From Podarcis melisellensis (taxonomy: Eukaryota): a stretch of 64,000 bases of DNA. The DNA lies in NCBI GenBank assembly GCA_964234715.1, contig OZ174281.1; one strand, 5' to 3'. The translations under genes and the position numbers were made by a program. How positions within the stretch are numbered: the first letter of the stretch is position 1; each line of letters begins with the position of its first letter. Below the pieces are notes generated by a model. It did not search any database. It was given only the letters and a program-made list of their open reading frames with translations, and had not been told where the DNA came from. Shown here piece after piece: positions 63,455 to 64,000 of this stretch.

Positions 63455-63613
63455 ACAGTTTCCTTTGGGAGGTTGTGGACTCCCCTTCCTTGGAGGTTTT
63501 TTTTAGCAGAGGTTGTATGGCCATCTGCCATTGATGCTCTAACTGAGATTCCTGCATTGCAGGGGGTTGGACCAGACGACCCTTGGGTCCCTTGCAACTC
63601 TATGACTCCATGA
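63455..63613 (+). mobile_element. CR1 LINE 3' end
   Basis: GGACTCCCCTTCCTTGGAGGTTTT...CCTGCATTGCAGGGGGTTGGACCAGACGACC...CAACTCTATGACTCCATGA. Confidence 0.75.
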
Positions 63614-64000
63614 CAGAAAGTCTAATTGCACCACTCATTGATGAGATACAGGCTGTGTACGAGCTCTTTTCATTCTGCAACCAGCATGCAGTCACTGGAC
63701 CTGAGGGGTTCTTGTACTATTGACAGCTTCCACCAATACTTCAACATATCATACACTGTGCTTTTCCAATCAGACCCAACTTTGTATGAGCTTTAATTTG
63801 TTTTAATCTATTCTGTTGTGATTTTAACTTTCTGTGTGCTTTAAATTATGGTTGTCATTTAAAAATATTATTTTATTCATTTTTACTAATATAAAAGTTT
63901 AACAATGTAGAACATTTCTATACTCTCAATCTGAAAAATACAAAAATATAGATCTCCATTGTTAAAACTGGACAAATCTCCCTCAGTTATAAATTATAAC

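Noticed and set aside
60500-64000. Search for another Pcdh exon, constant exons or any CRISPR/prokaryotic system
   Set aside because: None visible; AT-rich intergenic DNA with repeat remnants. The window is eukaryotic and the constant exons should lie left of position 1.

Overview
Vertebrate genomic DNA, almost certainly a squamate and probably a lacertid lizard (Sauria/Squam1 and Squam3 SINEs), from inside the clustered protocadherin-gamma (Pcdhg) variable region. It holds 11 large variable exons, all on the minus strand; the first is cut by the window edge. Each encodes signal peptide, EC1-EC6, TM and a variable cytoplasmic stub. Each complete exon ends at a phase-0 GT splice donor, and each gene has a CSE/CTCF-type promoter motif about 180-290 bp upstream of the ATG. 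The constant exons should lie to the left of the window. Nine exons are gammaB-like (GTLPYSY motif) and two are gammaA-like ([11 protein letters not shown] motif), plus one decayed gammaA fragment. Positions 1 to about 43,000 form a ~24.1 kb tandem duplication of a four-gene block (labelled here A,B,C,D), itself built from an older two-gene unit. Most striking: non-coding flanks of the duplicates are about 99% identical while the exons are patchwork mosaics, with swapped tracts concentrated in EC2-EC4. Also notable: most CSE boxes have lost the CpG (CGCT to CACT), a 114-bp-arm palindrome is intact in one copy and collapsed in the other, and a Penelope-type insertion carries a minimal hammerhead ribozyme core. 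All alignments and counts were done by eye.
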